A stretch of 64,000 nucleotides of DNA from Octopus vulgaris (taxonomy: Eukaryota), in contig OX597840.1 in NCBI GenBank assembly GCA_951406725.2, forward strand, positions 4,712,001-4,776,000. Reading direction: 5' to 3'. The notes under the pieces were generated by a model, which was given only the letters and a program-made list of their open reading frames with translations, had not been told where the DNA came from and ran no database searches. Every line of letters begins with the position of its first letter. Position 1 is the first letter of the stretch. The position numbers and the translations under genes were made by a program. Shown one piece after another: positions 56,301 to 64,000 of this stretch.

Positions 56301-57032
56301 TGACGCGACCTTTCGTGTACATGTTGCTAAATTGGCAATGAAATGTAGACGACTGGCCGGATGGATCCTCAGAACCTTTAGAACAAGAGAACAAGAAACC
56401 ATGATGGTCCTCTGGAGGACACTTGTCCTAAGCCACTTTGACTACTGCTCTCAGCTATGGTCACCATCCAGTGTCAAGTTGATCACAGAGCTCGAGGCGA
56501 TCCAACGTAGCTACACGAAGAAGATAGCCTCTATGCAGAATGTAAGCTACTGGGAAAGACTCAAGAGATTAAAACTATATTCCCTGGAGCGTAGGCGGGA
56601 AAGATATGCCATAATATACATCTGGAAGATCCTGGAGGGACGTGTCCTGAACTTTGGCATCGAGAGTTACGCAAATGCCAGAACTGGGCGCCACTGCGTG
56701 GTGCCTAGGACTCCAAACTTGCCATCAAGATGTAGGACAAGATTCTGTGATAGCCTGGGCTTCCGAGGCCCACAGCTCTTCAATATCCTCCCGAAGAACC
56801 TGAGAGACCTGCATGGGGTGGATGCAGATGTCTTTAAAATGAAGCTGGATCTCTTCCTGTCAGGTGTCCCAGATGAACCAACTTCACGGCAGGAGGGGCA
56901 GATGAGGGCAGCTGCATCGAACTCTCTCATGCACCAAATGGCAGTTGCTAGAAAGCTTTCGTGAAGTGAAACCAAGTAGCAACACCAAATGGCGGTGCCC
57001 CAGCATGGCCACAGCTCATAAGCTGAAACTAG

Positions 57033-57064
<32 letters not shown>
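53358..57064 (+). mobile_element. CR1/L2-group LINE, 5'-truncated in ORF1, with (AATC)n tail, inserted in (TA)n
   Basis: ORF1 remnant carries a CCCH finger (CRFYLRGSCWHGKDGAGCRFAH). ORF2 has APE and RT domains. A short 3'UTR is followed by AATC repeats. Confidence 0.93.
53968..56964 (+). CDS. LINE ORF2 (apurinic endonuclease + reverse transcriptase)
   Basis: APE motifs LLNIRG, LTETHL, MGDFN, TLDL and SDH; RT motifs NYRPISLT, QHGF, YLDFAKAFD, GVPQG and YADDT. A compensating indel pair lies at about 54032-54060; the frame is open from there to 56964. Confidence 0.9.
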
Positions 57065-57095
<31 letters not shown>

Positions 57096-57321
57096 CATGT
57101 ATATAAATAGATGTGTGTATTTTTCCCTTGTTAACGATTAACTCGGAAAAAATTAAATAGTTTCTGTTAAAAAGTCTTATTGACGAGTTTCATTTCTTCA
57201 TTTCCCCGAAGAGAAGATTACATTGCTTTACACCATTTTATTCCTTTGGAATAATACCAGTGATATCTTCGAAACATGTGTCGGAAGTAAAAGAATTCTA
57301 ATAACACCTGCGTTTAACTCC

Positions 57322-57388
<67 letters not shown>

Positions 57389-57525
57389 TAAATATATGGC
57401 ACAACGAAGTACCGATATTTACTGGAAAATAGCAAACGTAATAATACGACGCTAATGTATAGCTTCACCGCGTATGTACTAACAAAAATGCGTGAGTGCA
57501 ACAAACTTGAAAAAAATTGTCTTAC

Positions 57526-57680
57526 CTCCAGGGAGAACATCTGAAAGATGAAACACCTAGAAAGGGATATTGTGGGACCGGGACCGGTTTCAGATTTTTC
57601 AAGATATGCCTGCACACATATACTTGATCTATCTTCATCAGCCAACATATACCATGACAACATTTCAGAAGTTGCCACAT
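57526..57680 (-). CDS. Candidate divergent first exon (MWQLLKCCHG...FRCSPWR)
   Basis: Minus-strand GAG|gtaag donor at 57525. The 51-codon ATG frame is basic and almost free of acidic residues, like a transit peptide. No homology recognised. Confidence 0.25.
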
Positions 57681-57779
57681 TAATGCCAATACACTCGACT
57701 GAAACGCTAAAACGCTGACAGAACGAGAACAGTGAAGAAGTTTGCCCCTTTGCCCCTTTTTTTTCTCTCTCTTCTCCTC

Positions 57780-57788
57780 TCACGTGAC
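57780..57788. promoter_or_regulatory. CLEAR-like E-box TCACGTGAC in a candidate (bidirectional) promoter
   Basis: 9 of 10 bases match GTCACGTGAC. It sits in apparently unique, CpG-containing sequence, 38 bp upstream of a ccgccATG. Confidence 0.45.
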
Positions 57789-57825
57789 TGCCGGTCAACT
57801 ATCCTTTCGGCTTCTGAGCACCGCC

Positions 57826-57852
57826 ATGACAACATCGACTTCTTCGTCTGCC
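57826..57852 (+). CDS. Candidate first coding exon MTTSTSSSA
   Basis: Kozak-like ccgccATGa start, with a gtaagg donor at 57853 (phase 0). Confidence 0.35.
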
Positions 57853-58205
57853 GTAAGGCATTATTTTCCAAATACGCCACTTAAGCTAAGTAAAACTGTC
57901 TAAAGTCGTAAGACACCCGCTGTTTTTGTCCTGTTATTACTATTATTGTTTTTTGTATTTATATTCGTGTGGCATCGTCCGTTTTTCTGTCCTTGTTTCG
58001 TATACATTCGATCCTTTTTCCAAGAAATCTAATGCTCGTAACTTAGTTTTTCCTTGGAGCTAGCCGGATCGGAGCGATCTCAAGATTAATCAGCCGAAAT
58101 GGCAAGGATGATCCGGTTCTTGACAGAAGATTAGAGGCTTTTTTTGTGTCGTCTATTTGAATGTTTTGTGTTCTTGTCCCATTTTGTACTTTTATATATA
58201 TTTTT

Positions 58206-58349
<144 letters not shown>

Positions 58350-58472
58350 TAATTTCCCGCTATCGGCCCAGAGACAGATTAGAAAGCGTGTTTGAATGTG
58401 GACGAAGAAGTTTGTTTCTTCTCCCTCTCTCATTTATACAGCCGCAGTCAAATGACTGAAACAATTAAAAGA

Positions 58473-58505
<33 letters not shown>

Positions 58506-58799
58506 TGTATGTATGTATGTATGTATGTATGTATGTATGTATGTATGTATGTATGTATGTATGTATGTATGTATGTATGTATGTATGTATGTACAGACAC
58601 ATGTATATTAAGCAAAAATGAGTTAATAGATATAACTCCGAGTGGCCAGTGGCATGTAGATGAATAACAGACAAATACAGGTATATCAGATACCATACAA
58701 AAGACATCCCAGATTTATTAAAGTTAGCTCCTTTCCTTCTCTGGATTAAATGTATGGTGGCCCAGCCATAGCCTTCCCGACTTTTCCTCTATTACACAT

Positions 58800-61140
<2,341 letters not shown>

Positions 61141-61249
61141 GAAGCCACTTCATGTTCCCAAATCTCTTTCATCCTTTCCATGAAATTCTATGATTTCCAA
61201 GACAGACAGCTCTCCAAATTGAAGTGGTATGTTTCTGATGTACACAGAA

Positions 61250-61333
<84 letters not shown>

Positions 61334-61483
61334 GCGTATGCACACACTTACACGGACAAAGTGACTCGTTCACTTATGCACAAGCGTACAAACACAAGGA
61401 CGTACGCAACTTTGACAAACGTTGTTAGATTGAAGCTTACGTACGTACATACACATACAATCACATGCATTTATACGCATTTG

Positions 61484-61592
<109 letters not shown>

Positions 61593-61593
61593 G

Positions 61594-61643
<50 letters not shown>

Positions 61644-61704
61644 CCTATCTACCTACCTACCTACCTACCTACCTACCTACCTACCTACCTGCCTACCTGC
61701 CTAC

Positions 61705-61737
<33 letters not shown>

Positions 61738-61739
61738 TG

Positions 61740-61813
<74 letters not shown>

Positions 61814-61996
61814 CATACACATACAAACACACACACGTGTGTGTGTGTGTGTGTTATACAAAATTTGTGGTTTCTTAATATTTAGAGCCGCGCGGCAAAA
61901 CTTGTGACTCCTTACATTTATATTACACGCACACACACACACACACACGCACACACACACATACATATATAAATATACATACATATATACATACAC

Positions 61997-62053
<57 letters not shown>

Positions 62054-63435
62054 TATATATATATATATGCATATATGTATACTTATGTGTATATATAAGT
62101 ATATAAATTTGTGTATATATATGTATATATATATATATATGTATACACACACGGCCACACGTATACACACACACGCACACACACACACACACACATATAT
62201 TTATAAATTGTATATGCATTTATGCATAGATTTATACATGCATACCAACAAAATTACACACATATGCTTACAAATTATCTTTTTTCTTGGTATCTGTCTT
62301 ACGGTATCTGTCTTACGGCTGCCGGGAATCAACCGCGGTCCTACATTTAAGTCGCAGGATCTACATAAGGAATTCCTCGGTGCACGTTTACTATATTTTA
62401 CATAATGGATAAGGGAGACAGAGTGTACTGTAAGCTTCGTTTAGCACGGCGATCGTTTCGGCGTACATCTGTATTGCTCCCTCGTGAGTGGCGAACGATA
62501 TAATGGAATGCACCCCGCAATGCAGAAGAAACCTCATCAGGTTACATAATAAGTTACAGTGTTATAGGATGTACATTTTGCTACTGTGTGTGGCAGGATG
62601 ATGTTGTTTGGAGACGTCCGTTTGTAGTAGTTCACAAATGTAATATTATAACGCTGTAACGTATTATGTAACCTGATGAGGTGTGGGATGCATTCGTTCC
62701 ATTATATCGTTTCACACCCGAGTGCAGATGTAAGCCGAAACGATTGTCATGCTAAATAAAGCTTACAGTACACTCTGTCTTCATCTTTTACTTGTTTCAG
62801 TCATTTGACTGTTGCCATGCTGGGGCACCGCCTTGAAAAATTATTGTATTCGAATGAATTGACTTCAGTACTTATATCTTTTTAAGCCTGGTACTTATTA
62901 ATCGACCTTTTTTGCCGAATCGCTGAATAACGGGGACGTAAATACACCAGCACCGGCGGTGGGGGACAAACACAGACAAAAAGACACACTCACGTATACG
63001 AAGGACTTCTTTCAGTTTCCGTCAACCAAATCCATCCAAAAGACTTTGGTCAGCCCTAGACTATGGGAGAAGACGCTTGCCCAAAGTACTACGCAGTGGG
63101 GCTGAACCTAGTACCATGTAGTTAGGAAGCAAGCTCCTTACCACAAAGCCACGCCTGCACCCTACATATGTGTATGTATAGTTTAGAGTTCCGTTATAGG
63201 TAAAGGGTAAAGACTCCCTTTGGTCATGAATGACTATAGCAGTCTTGCAAACAACTTGCACATGCAAGTGTTACCAGTCAAAAGCTCCGTATATCGGAAG
63301 CCAGCGAGTGTATGGGGTCATCAGGAGAGAATGCGCGCCGTTTCGGGGCCTACCTCTCGACGGCATCAATGCGCACCGGCCCCCCTCACTGATATGAGGC
63401 CCCGCTTGCTGGATCAGCTGGTTATCAAATAAAGC

Positions 63436-63615
63436 TCAATATTCTTCTAGCCATCGCTCATCGTCTCTTTTTAACCAAATCCAGTGGCTAGCCTTCTCCA
63501 CTGTAGATTGGATATCGGTCATGGTGGTATTGACTTTACGATGAGTTAGGCCTAGCAAAAACAACAGTCGTCTCACGCTGTGTCCAACAAACCCTCTATT
63601 GCACCTAGAAAGTTC
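63436..63615 (-). mobile_element. C-terminal relic of an RLE-type (Hero/NeSL-like) non-LTR element
   Basis: Reads RGFVGHSVRRLL...VEKASHWIWLKR. Confidence 0.6.
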
Positions 63616-64000
63616 CCCTCCGAGGCACAAGTCCGGGCAAGGTTGTTTATGCAAGGCCAACAGTCATTCGTGTATACCAGCCTGGTACTTATTAATCGAC
63701 CACAGATACCCAAGGGAAAGGCAATGGCCGATACAGCTTGGCACCAGTGAGATCGTAACTCATTTCTACAGCTGAGTGAAGTGGAGTAACGTGAAATAAA
63801 GTGTCTTGCTCAAGAACGAAACACACATTTCAGTCCGGGAATCGAACTCATTACCACGTAATCGTGAGTCCGACGCTCTAACCACTGAGCCATGCGTTAT
63901 AGGATCAACAAAGAAGTACTCCATCCAATGAGAGATAAATATCTGTTTATTACCCACAAGGGGCTAAACATAGAGGGGACAAACAAGGACAGACAAACGG

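Noticed and set aside
57819-57852. Internal HGSNAT exon using the acceptor at 57817-57818
   Set aside because: The phase fits (2 to 0), but a GAG acceptor is rare and the peptide shows no similarity to HGSNAT.
61206-61226. Possible 21-nt microexon TALQIEV with gtatgt donor
   Set aside because: The acceptor is ambiguous and there is no homology support.

Overview
Eukaryotic, AT-rich, microsatellite-saturated genomic DNA. The SINE families suggest an octopodid cephalopod (inference from recalled repeat families). Almost all listed ORFs are artefacts of simple repeats. Hidden among the repeats is a plus-strand, multi-exon HGSNAT-like gene (lysosomal heparan-alpha-glucosaminide N-acetyltransferase). 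Its exons at 20657-20832, 34672-34799, 37537-37652 and 45129-45198 splice in frame to give the luminal domain plus TM1. A candidate upstream exon lies at 2162-2467 and a candidate stop-containing exon at 46206. No catalytic-domain exon was found. The introns hold a young, near-intact Penelope-like element (26863-32887), a second PLE fragment, four tRNA-derived SINE families, non-autonomous Helitrons, mariners, a foldback MITE, R4/Tx1/RTE relics and many minimal hammerhead-ribozyme motifs. A near-intact CR1-group LINE lies at 53358-57064. The most notable observations are: (1) a perfect 31-bp x21 array whose junctions create 20 de novo TCACGTGA (MiT/TFE-type) sites next to this lysosomal gene; (2) a possible split of HGSNAT, with a CLEAR-bearing restart at about 57780; (3) a diverse set of variant hammerheads in short TA-embedded elements. 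All calls were made by eye, without alignments or database searches.
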